Source: a virus
Virus record (IMG/VR): IMGVR_UViG_3300045988_163070
Length of the DNA: 64,000 bases
Strand: one strand, 5' to 3'
The notes beneath the pieces were generated by a model. The model saw nothing but the letters and a program-made list of their open reading frames with translations. It searched no databases and had not been told where the DNA came from. The translations under genes and the position numbers were made by a program. Shown one piece after another: positions 1 to 10,009 of the stretch (positions are counted from its first letter, which is position 1; each line of letters starts with the position of its first letter).

Positions 1-447
1 ATAATTTGAGCAATAACGCCATTTTTCTACATTCGAAAAGCTATCAGACATTGCAGCACGTATAAAGCTGTTACCAAGACATAGTTTGTACACGAAATGC
101 TGATAAACATTCTGTCTCCATGTCATCAGGCAATTAGGTCTAAGAAGTATCTGATTTAAATTCTTATTATTCCAAACAATACTATCATCTTTCACTTTCT
201 TGAACTGGAAGTTGGCATTGGCAATACGGGATGCAATATAATCTATCGGAAAAAAAACTTCCGGAACAGATTCAAAAAGAGATAGTAAGTTCCGAGAACA
301 AACAAACGGAGAAGAAAATAAATCTTCAACAGTTATTTTGATCCCTTCAGGAAGTTTCTTTTCCTCGCCCGTATCACTAATAACTTCTACATTAGTCTCC
401 TGTACAGGCTCTTCTTCTGACTTAGATTTTTTACGAAACCAGCTCAT
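1..447 (-). CDS. probable portal protein, N-terminal 149 codons (ORF continues past the left edge)
   Basis: ATG at 447 (MSWFRKKSKSEEEP...) stays open in frame to base 1. It lies directly downstream of terL in transcription order. It is absent from the supplied track because there is no stop in the window. The portal call is positional. Confidence 0.5.
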   Translation of the reverse strand, partial: MSWFRKKSKSEEEPVQETNVEVISDTGEEKKLPEGIKITVEDLFSSPFVCSRNLLSLFESVPEVFFPIDYIASRIANANFQFKKVKDDSIVWNNKNLNQILLRPNCLMTWRQNVYQHFVYKLCLGNSFIRAAMSDSFSNVEKWRYCSNY

Positions 448-562
448 TCATTTTTTATTTGAAACAAATGTAGGAATATGAATAATCGGTTTCTCAAAGC
501 ACTTAAATCTTGAAAAATGAGAAACACGAAAAGCCAGCCTTAACAAACTATATAACAACCAA

Positions 563-2593
563 TTAAACTACTGATAATTCGGGAAACGATTTTATTATAT
601 GATATGCAAGACCACTTAAAATAATGCTTGCACTCTTATTCTCGCTGTTTATGTTATAGTCCATCAGGTTAGTAATGAAATCATGGTAATCTTGAGATTC
701 CTCTAACATCTTTGATGATAGCAAAAAGTTATTTCTTATAAAATCAGAGGTAGCAGCTATTCGCTTATCCACATCGGAGAACTCTTTCTTTACTCTTACT
801 TCTGTGTCTTTCACAAGTTCTCTCAACTCACGTACAGTCTGATAATAGGCAGATGAACATTCAAAGAGACACGTATTGGCCTTGTGCTCTAAACATGCAG
901 TCTTAATTTCCTCTATGGAAGATGTCTCTCTAAACAAGGCATCAGTTAAATGCCACTTATCACCACATCGAAATGCCTGAACGAGAACAAATGTACCATC
1001 CACATTCGGCATGACATATACAAGCCGCTGCGAGTAAGCATTTCGTGCTTCTGTATTGAAGAATCCAAGCATGCCTTTACCTCCATATAAGTTTCTCTTT
1101 CTCCGGTTACTAAATTCAGTATACTGGTCATAGCATAAGTCAAACATGATATACCTAAAACAATCTGATAAATGACCATGTTCCTCATAAGTTTGCATAG
1201 TTGTTTTATTCTTCACCTTCGCTTTAAGAATAGCACCGTTGGCATCCTTCTGCACACTCATATAATCTTCAAGAGATACAGAGCAACTTTCATCAATATA
1301 GATTTCGATACCAGGAATAATACAATCAAAGATAGCATTAATAAATTCGCCGGTCATGGCAACACTCGGATTCTTGTTACCTACCTTATCCTCAATCTCG
1401 AATCCTTCTTTCTGCAAAGTGGATATAAACAAATCCATCCATGAACGCTTTTCGTCATCAAAACTATTAGCAGCTTTCGTGGAAGCGTCGCCATGGACAT
1501 AAAGTTTTTCACTGTATTGAATAGATTTCAAATACTTAGCAACAAGTTTAGAAGCTTTCTTGACCGTATTGTTCGGGCTTTCAGCACACGTCTCATGGAA
1601 TTGCCAAATTTTGGTACCGATAGTGAAATCAACTTGCCAATAGGATATACTGATATATGGAAGGACGTTATTATCAACAGAGATATGAATAGGTAGGCCC
1701 GGAACATAGTTGTGCTCACAGGAATGTTTGCCACGATTGAAGGAACCGAAGAACTCGCTACCGGTACGAATGACACCCCATTCCCCTAACGCATACACAT
1801 TGTAATAGTCCGGATCATTGATACGGTCTTTTTCAAAATCGGCAACACATTGTTCATCGTAGTAACCGTATGTACCATCAGGAGAACCGACTACCCAGAA
1901 GTTGTTTAAATACGTAGACTGAATCAGAACTGTATCACTTGGATGCTCTACAATCTTCTTTGTCCGGGCATTCATTATCTGTTTTGGCTCATTCATCCGG
2001 AGCGATTTCACCTCTGTTAGCTCACTGGGTATCTTCTTCCCTCCCAGTATAACTTCCATAGGAACATCATGGAACTTATCCTTATCAAAGATTTCCTTTT
2101 TAATCCAGTGTGTAATCTTGATCGGATTGAACGAACAGATAATTTGCTGGCCATGCTTACCACGCAAACGTTTTCTGATCTGTTTAAAATCCCCATGTTC
2201 AAAATCAGAGAACTCTTCCAGGAACACACGTTTATAATTTTCCAAACCTTTGATCTTCTCTGAGTCATCTAATCCGGAGAAGGTTATCTTAGCACCATTG
2301 AGCAAACAGATAATACGTCTTTCTTTGAAATCAAATAAATCGTAGACATTCAAAGTTTTTGCAGCTTCCTTGAAGGCTTCATAAATAGAGTCTTTTAGGG
2401 CAGAACCGACCTTACGAAATACCTTCGTATTCTCTCCATCCTGCAAAGTCATGATCAAGATAGATTGAGCAATACTAAAAGACTTAGCAGAAGAAGAACC
2501 ACCATATAGGATAATAAAACGTAATGTAGCATCCTGTAGATACTTCAACAGGTAAAACGCATTTGGATTTAATTTCTTATGGTTTATAATCAT
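563..2593 (-). CDS. terL: terminase large subunit
   Basis: 676 aa. N-terminal Walker A-like YGGSSSAKS followed by a nuclease-half-sized C-terminus. Located immediately downstream of a small terminase gene. Confidence 0.88.
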   Translation of the reverse strand: MIINHKKLNPNAFYLLKYLQDATLRFIILYGGSSSAKSFSIAQSILIMTLQDGENTKVFRKVGSALKDSIYEAFKEAAKTLNVYDLFDFKERRIICLLNGAKITFSGLDDSEKIKGLENYKRVFLEEFSDFEHGDFKQIRKRLRGKHGQQIICSFNPIKITHWIKKEIFDKDKFHDVPMEVILGGKKIPSELTEVKSLRMNEPKQIMNARTKKIVEHPSDTVLIQSTYLNNFWVVGSPDGTYGYYDEQCVADFEKDRINDPDYYNVYALGEWGVIRTGSEFFGSFNRGKHSCEHNYVPGLPIHISVDNNVLPYISISYWQVDFTIGTKIWQFHETCAESPNNTVKKASKLVAKYLKSIQYSEKLYVHGDASTKAANSFDDEKRSWMDLFISTLQKEGFEIEDKVGNKNPSVAMTGEFINAIFDCIIPGIEIYIDESCSVSLEDYMSVQKDANGAILKAKVKNKTTMQTYEEHGHLSDCFRYIMFDLCYDQYTEFSNRRKRNLYGGKGMLGFFNTEARNAYSQRLVYVMPNVDGTFVLVQAFRCGDKWHLTDALFRETSSIEEIKTACLEHKANTCLFECSSAYYQTVRELRELVKDTEVRVKKEFSDVDKRIAATSDFIRNNFLLSSKMLEESQDYHDFITNLMDYNINSENKSASIILSGLAYHIIKSFPELSVV

Positions 2594-2689
2594 CTTCTGA
2601 CACTTTGCTTTTACTCACAGTCGGAATAACAATCATTTTTGCTTGTTTTTCCTATCTTTTTGTAATAGTAGAAACATTCTATCTAAATG

Positions 2690-3223
2690 CTACTTATCTT
2701 CATCATCAAATCCGATGCGTAACTCACCGATCTTCTTTCCATCACCACCGTTCAAGGTGACGTTTTTGTCCGCCTCCCATCCATTCCAAGCCCCTAATAG
2801 CCGGGCCGCTTCTGTTTTACCATGATATTCATAGATGACTTCTCCCCTTTTATTTTGTACCTTCTTCAATGCATTCCGGGCACGCTTCGGAAGTTGAGAC
2901 GGGCTTCTCATCTTTATTTTTCCGGTTACAGGATCAATATAATGCAAATCATCAGTATCAGCCTGAACAATATCCATAAGCACTTTCTCGACAGCCAATC
3001 GTTTTATCTCAGAGTCCTTCGCTCTCTGGCTCTTTATCTCTTCTATCCTTAGACTAACCTTAGAGTTTTTAAGAAGTCTACAAGCGGTAACCCAAATGGA
3101 CTCAGCTTTCATCTTCGAGGCATCATAAGCCATACGATAGGCTTCGCTTGCATTTCCTTCCGTATCTACATAGTACTTACAGAAATTCTCTTGTTTGAAT
3201 GTTAATGGTTTCTCTTCACTCAT
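2690..3223 (-). CDS. terS: terminase small subunit
   Basis: 177 aa. N-terminus LTFKQENFCKYYVDTEGNASEAYRMAY is typical of the Terminase_2-type small subunit. Located upstream of terL. Confidence 0.8.
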   Translation of the reverse strand: MSEEKPLTFKQENFCKYYVDTEGNASEAYRMAYDASKMKAESIWVTACRLLKNSKVSLRIEEIKSQRAKDSEIKRLAVEKVLMDIVQADTDDLHYIDPVTGKIKMRSPSQLPKRARNALKKVQNKRGEVIYEYHGKTEAARLLGAWNGWEADKNVTLNGGDGKKIGELRIGFDDEDK

Positions 3224-3314
3224 ATACTTTTATTATAAAATCCTACATGGAGAAACGATGATTGTAACTCGACATGCAGGAATAAATCAGAATGGTTGTA
3301 TATCCACAGGATTC

Positions 3315-3476
3315 TTATCTCTCCGCCTCAGCATTTTTTTGAGAATTGTCTTTTCTCCGCATAGCGAATATTTTCATTACACCGTCTTCTACAGAGGTAT
3401 AGGACAAAGGTACTAAATAGACATTCCGGTTTACAGATTGCTTGAAATTGTCAAAATTACGTTTTTCGTTAATCAT
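3315..3476 (-). CDS. small hypothetical protein (53 aa)
   Basis: ATG-initiated ORF MINEKRNFDNFKQSV... read by hand upstream of terS. It is below the track size cut-off. Confidence 0.25.
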   Translation of the reverse strand: MINEKRNFDNFKQSVNRNVYLVPLSYTSVEDGVMKIFAMRRKDNSQKNAEAER

Positions 3477-4057
3477 CTAAATTTCAAGTGGTTTATGGTA
3501 CCTAACCAGATTTGCAAAATACATAGTCGTCGCCGGTTGGATATTTGCAATGTTTATCAATGGTCGGTTACAACCTACAGCGAAGATAAGTCCCTCGATA
3601 ATATCATCTAAGTAAAGCACCGGATATTCTGACTACAATTGTATAAAGAAGCCTTTTCCTCATTAAGTAGAAACCAGAGAAGAGTTCTTTCGCGGGGATC
3701 GGGTCCATATACATTATACAATCACCATCTGGTTACAATCTTACAATAGATTGAGCATACTGTTATTTAAAAATTGACTAATACCGTATAAATTTGTAGC
3801 ATTCTTTAGATTTATAATCGACGAATTAAAACGGATAAATATCATCTGATATAAATACTAATAATACATGTTCAAATTAATATTATCTTTTCAAATAACC
3901 ATTAAATAAAATGATTTTTATCACTACATTATAAAATAGAATGATCTTTAAAATATTTCATTATCTTTGCAGCCATTGATACATACTCTTAACAAGATAA
4001 ATTGTATTCAATATAAAGTTTGCAAATATAAAACATAAATATAAAATACAATATTAA

Positions 4058-5647
4058 ATGGACTTTTCACTTGACAAATCAACAATCATATGGCTTATAG
4101 CAATTGTTGCTGGTACCTGTTCTCTATATCTATATATCAAAAAGCTAAAGGACAAAAACAAATTAATATCAAATCGTCGCTTAGTCGAAAACATCCCTTC
4201 AATTATTTCTACAATCGGTGTACTAGGTACTTTCTATGGGATTACCAGTGGACTTCTTTCATTTAATTCTGATGACCTTGATACAAGTATTCCCGCATTA
4301 TTAGATGGTTTAAAAACAGCCTTCTTTACTTCGATTGCTGGTATGGTATGTTCATTAATTATGTCTAAGATAATCAATTCTTATTTTGATAAAGCTGATG
4401 ATGGCATTTCAGATGCAAATCAAGCTGCATCACAAATATGTAAAGCAGTACAAGAAATGAGCCAAAAGAACATAGCTATCCTTAATGCCTTAAAAGAACA
4501 ATCCGAAAACCAAGCTAAAAATCAAACAGCCTTTTATCGTTCAGTTGGTGATATCCTTATTGCCCTTCAAACATCCCATACCAACACTGAATCTGCTATT
4601 AATTCTATGGTGATTCTATCACGTAGTCAAGAAACTACAGTCAATGATCTGAGAAGCAAAGTTGAAAGTATGACTCTATCCCTTGGAGCGGTAGAAGAAA
4701 ACTCTACCATTCAAACAGCCACTCTTTCAAACATTCAACAACAAACAAAAGAACTATCCAATACAGATCGTAATATCAGTGAAATGCTTGACATTCTTTC
4801 TGGTATGAGTAATATACAAGAGGAAATATCAGAAGAGACCAAGGCTTTTGGTGGAAAACTCCATTCTGAAGTTGTCGAGATTGAAGATAAGATGGATGCT
4901 ACTAATCAACTCTTAACTTCCAAATTTGACGAATTTTCTGAGCTTCTGAAAAAAAGCAATACTGAAGCTCTTGTTGAAGTAATGAAGACTGTGACTGAAG
5001 AGTTCCAAAAACAGATGAACTCACTTATTAATAAACTTATTCAAGAGAACTTTGATCAACTTAACAAGAGTGTAGAAAAACTTAATACTTGGCAACAAGA
5101 GAACAAAGCAATGATTTCTTCACTCACTCAACAGTATAAAGAAATGGCTAGTAACTTTGAGAGTACTTCTACTACACTCTCACAAGTTGGTGACGATACA
5201 AGAACTCTTGTTAGTGAAGGTGGTAAACTCAAACAACTTATTGATTCTCTTAATCAAGTTATCGTTGAAGACCAAAAATTCATTGATGTTTCCAACAAAC
5301 TCCAAGAAACAGCAAACATATCAAAAGAAAATATGGAGAAATTTGATGAATCAACGAAAATTCTTAATGATTGGGTTCGTAAACAACGTAATTTTGTGGA
5401 TGGCGTCCAACTTCTCATTGAGAAACTAGATGAATTAAATAAAATCCGTGATTATAGTGAACAGTTTTGGAAAGGTACAAAAGAAAAGATGGAAGAAGGA
5501 GTTAGTATAATAACACAGGGTTCTCAGACCCTTAACTCCCAATTAACTTCACTTGATCGTCAATTTTATAATCGATTAGGCGCTACGCTTGCTGAGCTTG
5601 ATAACTGTATCACTAAAATGGTCGAACACGTAAATAATCGCAAATAA
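4058..5647 (+). CDS. zorA: ZorA-like MotA/ExbB-family channel protein with long coiled-coil tail
   Basis: 529 aa. Three N-terminal TM helices, including IGVLGTFYGITSGL and FFTSIAGMVCSLIM (MotA/TolQ/ExbB style). About 400 aa of heptad-rich Q/E/N/L coiled coil follow. A MotB-like gene starts 2 nt downstream. Confidence 0.75.
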   Translation: MDFSLDKSTIIWLIAIVAGTCSLYLYIKKLKDKNKLISNRRLVENIPSIISTIGVLGTFYGITSGLLSFNSDDLDTSIPALLDGLKTAFFTSIAGMVCSLIMSKIINSYFDKADDGISDANQAASQICKAVQEMSQKNIAILNALKEQSENQAKNQTAFYRSVGDILIALQTSHTNTESAINSMVILSRSQETTVNDLRSKVESMTLSLGAVEENSTIQTATLSNIQQQTKELSNTDRNISEMLDILSGMSNIQEEISEETKAFGGKLHSEVVEIEDKMDATNQLLTSKFDEFSELLKKSNTEALVEVMKTVTEEFQKQMNSLINKLIQENFDQLNKSVEKLNTWQQENKAMISSLTQQYKEMASNFESTSTTLSQVGDDTRTLVSEGGKLKQLIDSLNQVIVEDQKFIDVSNKLQETANISKENMEKFDESTKILNDWVRKQRNFVDGVQLLIEKLDELNKIRDYSEQFWKGTKEKMEEGVSIITQGSQTLNSQLTSLDRQFYNRLGATLAELDNCITKMVEHVNNRK

Positions 5648-5649
5648 CT

Positions 5650-6351
5650 ATGGCTAAGTCTAATGTTTGGATGTCAGTTTCCGACCTTATGACGGGTCTT
5701 ATGGTTATATTTCTTTTTATAGCCATTGCTTACATTAGTCGTGTAAAACAGAATCAAACTGTATTAACTGACTATATTGAAACCAAGAATGAACTTCATA
5801 ACAAGCTTGTTAATGAGTTTGCAGGAGATACCTTACAATGGCAAATGGCCATTGGCAAAGATCTTTCTATGAAATTCAAAGAGCCTACTGTTCTTTTCGC
5901 CTCAGGATCAGCTGATCTTACTCCTCGATTCTGTCAAATCCTCAACAATTTCTTACCAAGATACTTCAACATCTTACTTAATGATAGTTTGCGTACAAAC
6001 ATTCGAGAAATTCGTATCGAAGGACATACAGATAATGTGCCAATGCCTAGTTATGATACAGACTCCTATATTGCCAATGTCATTTTATCTCAAAAGCGTT
6101 CACTTAGTGTTCTAAAGTATTTTCGTAAAATGGAAGTTTTCAAAAAATACACATCAGAACAACAACGACTTCTTGAGTTCTGGTTTACAGCTAATGGGCT
6201 TTCGTATGGAAAATCACTTGACAACAATGGTGATTACACAATTGTAACGGGAAATGATATTGATAAAAATAAATCCAGACGTGTTGAATTTCGAATAGTG
6301 ACGAGTGGTGATGAGATACTTGAAAATTTCGTAAATAAGAATAAAAACTAA
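5650..6351 (+). CDS. zorB: ZorB-like MotB/OmpA-family stator protein
   Basis: 233 aa. N-terminal TM with conserved Asp (WMSVSDLMTGLMVIFLFIA). C-terminal OmpA-like motifs (IRIEGHTDN, LSQKRS, SRRVEFRIV). Confidence 0.8.
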   Translation: MAKSNVWMSVSDLMTGLMVIFLFIAIAYISRVKQNQTVLTDYIETKNELHNKLVNEFAGDTLQWQMAIGKDLSMKFKEPTVLFASGSADLTPRFCQILNNFLPRYFNILLNDSLRTNIREIRIEGHTDNVPMPSYDTDSYIANVILSQKRSLSVLKYFRKMEVFKKYTSEQQRLLEFWFTANGLSYGKSLDNNGDYTIVTGNDIDKNKSRRVEFRIVTSGDEILENFVNKNKN

Positions 6352-6356
6352 GCTCT

Positions 6357-7193
6357 ATGGACAGTGAGGATCCTATTTATCAGTTTGACCATTTCAAATC
6401 TTTACTTTCCACTATGGGGATTGAAGTTGGAGAAGCCTCAGCTTGGTCTCCTGTCGGTACAATCGAAGTTCTTTCTGAAAATATCGGTAAGAAAATAAAA
6501 TTTGAAAGTAATGGCATATTTTACATTGATGACAATGGAAGTGAACATCAAGGTTTTATGTATAAAAGAGATTTTTATTTTCACGATTATGGAGAGAGAA
6601 TGCCCAAATTCCATATAAGATACTGCCATACACTTGAGTGTTTTGGAAAAGAAGCTTATCGCTTTGCTAATAATGAACCTATCAAAGTTTTTGCACGAGA
6701 TAAAGCAATACGTCATGAAGTAGAAGTCTCCGGATTGCATCTATGTACCTATTGTTCTCAAATACTTGCAAATGAACTTGAGAATGAAATTCATAATTCT
6801 ACAGATTTCGTAGAATTCTTAAAACAAGCAGAAGGAATCGATCCCAATGATAACAGAGATACTGAAATTGATATTTTCGGGTATACCAAAAATTGGGAAC
6901 AAATAAGTCAAGCATACAGATCCATTCACCAATTTACATGTGAACGTTGTGGTCTCCAGATCACTGAACCTTTTGATCAACATTTTATGCACACACACCA
7001 TAAAAATGGAAACAAAACAGATAATAGAGAAGCTAACCTTGAATGCCTTTGCGTTCGCTGCCATTCAGAAGTGGATGATCGACATAAAAAACGTCTTTGC
7101 ACAGGAGCAAATAGGATTATACTAGAAGATTTCAACGAGAAATACCCTTCCTTTAATAAAGATAGTTTAGAAGATAATGATTTAGCTTTCTAA
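6357..7193 (+). CDS. zorE: ZorE-like HNH endonuclease
   Basis: 278 aa. C-terminal HNH with CxxC pairs (FTCERCG ... HTHHKNGNKTDNREANLECLCVRCH). Located 5 nt downstream of zorB on the same strand. Confidence 0.7.
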   Translation: MDSEDPIYQFDHFKSLLSTMGIEVGEASAWSPVGTIEVLSENIGKKIKFESNGIFYIDDNGSEHQGFMYKRDFYFHDYGERMPKFHIRYCHTLECFGKEAYRFANNEPIKVFARDKAIRHEVEVSGLHLCTYCSQILANELENEIHNSTDFVEFLKQAEGIDPNDNRDTEIDIFGYTKNWEQISQAYRSIHQFTCERCGLQITEPFDQHFMHTHHKNGNKTDNREANLECLCVRCHSEVDDRHKKRLCTGANRIILEDFNEKYPSFNKDSLEDNDLAF

Positions 7194-7358
7194 TACAATT
7201 ACATTCAACCATAAAAGGGAAAAATATGTAAAAAATTTAATCAAACCCGTTTACTTCTTTAAAAAAGGAACACGAATTGTATTACCGCTTTCCCACTAGC
7301 CCAATTTAGTTGAATCTTGTTATCTTTTCATTCACGATAAACTGTATATTGGGAAGAT

Positions 7359-7383
7359 AAGAGAGAACGTGAATTTCTCTCTT
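7359..7383 (+). terminator. candidate terminator hairpin after zorE
   Basis: AAGAGAGAA / TTCTCTCTT 9-bp stem with a 7-nt loop, followed by TGAATGGTTTTATTTTC. The stem is AT-rich, so support is weak. Confidence 0.35.
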
Positions 7384-7490
7384 TGAATGGTTTTATTTTC
7401 TTCATCCCTGCCTTATATCTATTTTCTTTATATTAGTCGCCATACAATAACCACCAATACTTAATGCTTCAATCATATTTAATCCCTTTC

Positions 7491-8210
7491 TTATTTATTA
7501 TGAAATATTCGTTTCAACTCTTCAATGGATAAAATCTTATCTTTTCTTCGATGTAACATAGCGTGACAATTGGGACAGACAGGAACCAGCTCATTCTCGA
7601 TATTGATAGCATAATTGCCATCTTTGGTTGAAATAGGATTTATATGGTGTACATGAATAAATCCTTTACCCAGTTCTCCATATGTTTTTTCAAAGTCAAA
7701 ATCACAGACGACACATTTAACCCCTTTGGCTTGAATACACTTATTGCGTGCTTCGGTATTTCTCTCATGCTTAGTTATAAAGACCTGTTCAAACTCTCCT
7801 TCATAAAACTCAACAACTTTTACCCTACCTTTTCTTTCAGGAGATTGGTGTTTTATTAATTCATAATGCTTTTGATAGATTTTTCGTTCATTTTTTTTCT
7901 TTATATTATTGTGCTTTTTCTCATAATATATAATAAAATCCATATAAGCATTTAAGGCTGTTTCCAATTTCTTAGTACCATAATCTTCATAGATTTGAGA
8001 TAAATAAAAATCCCTTAAATCTGTACTTATCCCTCTTGTATGCAATTCTCCATCAAGCATTTTCTGAAATGCCCTATAAAAATCTGCAAAAGAGTTTTTG
8101 TTAATACCATGCGTCAAGTGAAGCTTTTCTTTACCTATGACTAAACGTTCCTCCTTGTTATATATTGCTTTTACCATCTCATAAACGGCTTTCATTTGTT
8201 CAAAATTCAT
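7491..8210 (-). CDS. HNH endonuclease (McrA/COG3183-like C-terminus) with uncharacterised N-terminal domain
   Basis: 239 aa. C-terminus CVVCDFDF...GFIHVHHINP...N...VPVCPNCHAMLH. Confidence 0.8.
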   Translation of the reverse strand: MNFEQMKAVYEMVKAIYNKEERLVIGKEKLHLTHGINKNSFADFYRAFQKMLDGELHTRGISTDLRDFYLSQIYEDYGTKKLETALNAYMDFIIYYEKKHNNIKKKNERKIYQKHYELIKHQSPERKGRVKVVEFYEGEFEQVFITKHERNTEARNKCIQAKGVKCVVCDFDFEKTYGELGKGFIHVHHINPISTKDGNYAINIENELVPVCPNCHAMLHRRKDKILSIEELKRIFHNK

Positions 8211-8214
8211 ACTA

Positions 8215-8898
8215 TTATTCTTTTGGCATTATTAAAATCATATCCCCTAAAACCACTTTATGACAAACTCGGTCTGTAACATACCAATATGGATATTGAG
8301 AATTATTGTTGGATGTATCTATAAAACAATTCCATTTAGCATAAATAGGTGATGAAGCACCTGGGTCAAGACATAATAATTTAATAGGAATATCATTCTC
8401 ATTATATTCAATACCAATAGCTAATAAAGCATGACTATGCAGCTCTGATTCTCCTTTCTTTGGTTGATAAACTACGGAAATTATAATAGGTAAATCATTT
8501 TTTGTTATATTATCATCAATGAACTTCACCGCATTTTCTAAACTTTGAGGATTTTTTTGCTTTGCATCAACACACAGCTCTTTAGAACAATAATCACGTA
8601 TTTCTTTAGCTAAACATCTATAGCTATATCCATTGCGAATTAACCCCTGTTCTTCAAGGAAATGAGATAAAAATTTCCCCCGATTATACCTTTTGTTTAT
8701 AGGGCTATCTATAGAAATTTCTTCTTCAGATATTTTCCTCAAAATTAATAAATTCATCATTAATGAATACACCGCACAAGCACCATCCAAATCTCCTTGT
8801 TGATGATGTATTCTAACCCATTTTCCTGAGCAATCTTTAGATACAAGTCCTTTTTGAGGATGCAATTTTAGATTACTAACAATATTAATATATGTCAT
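8215..8898 (-). CDS. hypothetical protein, possible papain-fold (C39-like) cysteine peptidase
   Basis: 227 aa. Ordered Cys/His/Asp candidates DLDGACAVYSLMM, ELHSHALLAIGIE, LCLDPGAS. Located 4 nt upstream of the HNH gene. Confidence 0.35.
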   Translation of the reverse strand: MTYINIVSNLKLHPQKGLVSKDCSGKWVRIHHQQGDLDGACAVYSLMMNLLILRKISEEEISIDSPINKRYNRGKFLSHFLEEQGLIRNGYSYRCLAKEIRDYCSKELCVDAKQKNPQSLENAVKFIDDNITKNDLPIIISVVYQPKKGESELHSHALLAIGIEYNENDIPIKLLCLDPGASSPIYAKWNCFIDTSNNNSQYPYWYVTDRVCHKVVLGDMILIMPKE

Positions 8899-9131
8899 AT
8901 ATAAGAGTTTAGACTACAAAGGTAATTTAATTATTTTTTTTGCACCCATCAATTAGTCATAATTTATAGTTATACGTCAATTGATTCATACATATTTACC
9001 TGCGAGCTCAGAGGTTCTTAACATCTCTGCATTCTCTTCACCGAAAGCGATTAAGATGCTATCACAATCGGGAGAATCTCCGCGAGTTCCATCCAGTCGA
9101 AAGAAGCGAATCCGGTCGTAAAAATTTCATT

Positions 9132-9680
9132 CTAAAATAATTTTAACTGAGTAGACAACTCTGGTTTATAAATTCTAAATTTACGATTAAAGAAAGTATC
9201 GAAAGCTGCTACAATTTCAGAAATAGTATTATCAGTAATACCTAACAGTTTATCATCAGCAATTATCAGAGACAGAGCTTTATCAAGAGTCATTTTCTTT
9301 TCAATATACAGGGAATATACCAGGTACCTACGAGTATATGTTCTGGTTTTGAGTGCTTCTACTTCCTCAGGTGTCGCTATTCTCTTATATAACACTTTAT
9401 ACCAATGTGTCTCAGCAGTACGGGCACGTTTCTGCCTTGGTATCAAATCATAAAGCACTGCAATCTCTTTTTTCTGAATGCACTTATGTTTTTTACGAAC
9501 ACCATACATCACATAAGGAGTGTTCCAATCCGGATGAGTTCTCCGGTATTCAAGTTCTTTCTCCCGATCAATAAGATCTTGCACAAAGTCTTGTTTCATT
9601 AACCATTCTTCGAACCAGGCAGCACGTGCCTCTTCTTTATTATAGTAATCTTTACCATTGATATTCACTGGAATACCCAT
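9132..9680 (-). CDS. hypothetical protein
   Basis: 182-aa ORF in a co-directional gene string. No motif recognised. Confidence 0.55.
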   Translation of the reverse strand: MGIPVNINGKDYYNKEEARAAWFEEWLMKQDFVQDLIDREKELEYRRTHPDWNTPYVMYGVRKKHKCIQKKEIAVLYDLIPRQKRARTAETHWYKVLYKRIATPEEVEALKTRTYTRRYLVYSLYIEKKMTLDKALSLIIADDKLLGITDNTISEIVAAFDTFFNRKFRIYKPELSTQLKLF

Positions 9681-10009
9681 TGTTTCTTGTTTTTTGAATT
9701 TCTTTTATTATTGACCTCTGACAAGCACATACGGCACCAGGAAGAAAGGGAATGGTAAATTTTTCCGTTTCTGTTAACAAACCTGTCATAAAATCTATTT
9801 AAGTAGAAATAATTACCGCACCGGGTACACATTTTCATTTCACTTCCGGAAGAATCATACATATGATTACGAGGTTTACGATGAATAAGCGTACACCCTC
9901 TACATCCAGCATCTTCTCCACGATACCGGCGACAATGCGAAAGGGATTTTACTCCACATTTCGCAAAGTTCCGGCAGTCTATCCGAACTTCCGACCGAAT
10001 AACACTCAT
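9665..10009 (-). CDS. Cys-rich (zinc-binding-like) hypothetical protein
   Basis: 114 aa with several CxxC-type pairs (CRGC, CTRCG, CRMC). Its ends overlap both neighbouring genes. Confidence 0.5.
   Translation of the reverse strand: MSVIRSEVRIDCRNFAKCGVKSLSHCRRYRGEDAGCRGCTLIHRKPRNHMYDSSGSEMKMCTRCGNYFYLNRFYDRFVNRNGKIYHSLSSWCRMCLSEVNNKRNSKNKKQWVFQ

Noticed and set aside
946-2268. Six short ORFs (64-90 aa, both strands) nested inside the terL coding region.
   Set aside because: They are shadow ORFs fully contained in a 676-aa gene with clear terminase motifs. They have no independent signals.
3480-4057. The long non-coding region upstream of terS/zorA as a pac or cos site or replication origin.
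   Set aside because: I could not find convincing repeats or dyads by eye. A possible -7 box (TATCTTTG at 3962-3969) is the only signal. This cannot be supported without terminus mapping.
4058-6351. The MotA/MotB-like pair as a flagellar stator, ExbBD or TolQR fragment from the host.
   Set aside because: The context is phage. The MotA-like protein carries a ~400-aa coiled-coil tail that is absent from stators and ExbB/TolQ. An HNH gene is fused into the same operon. The Zorya reading fits better.
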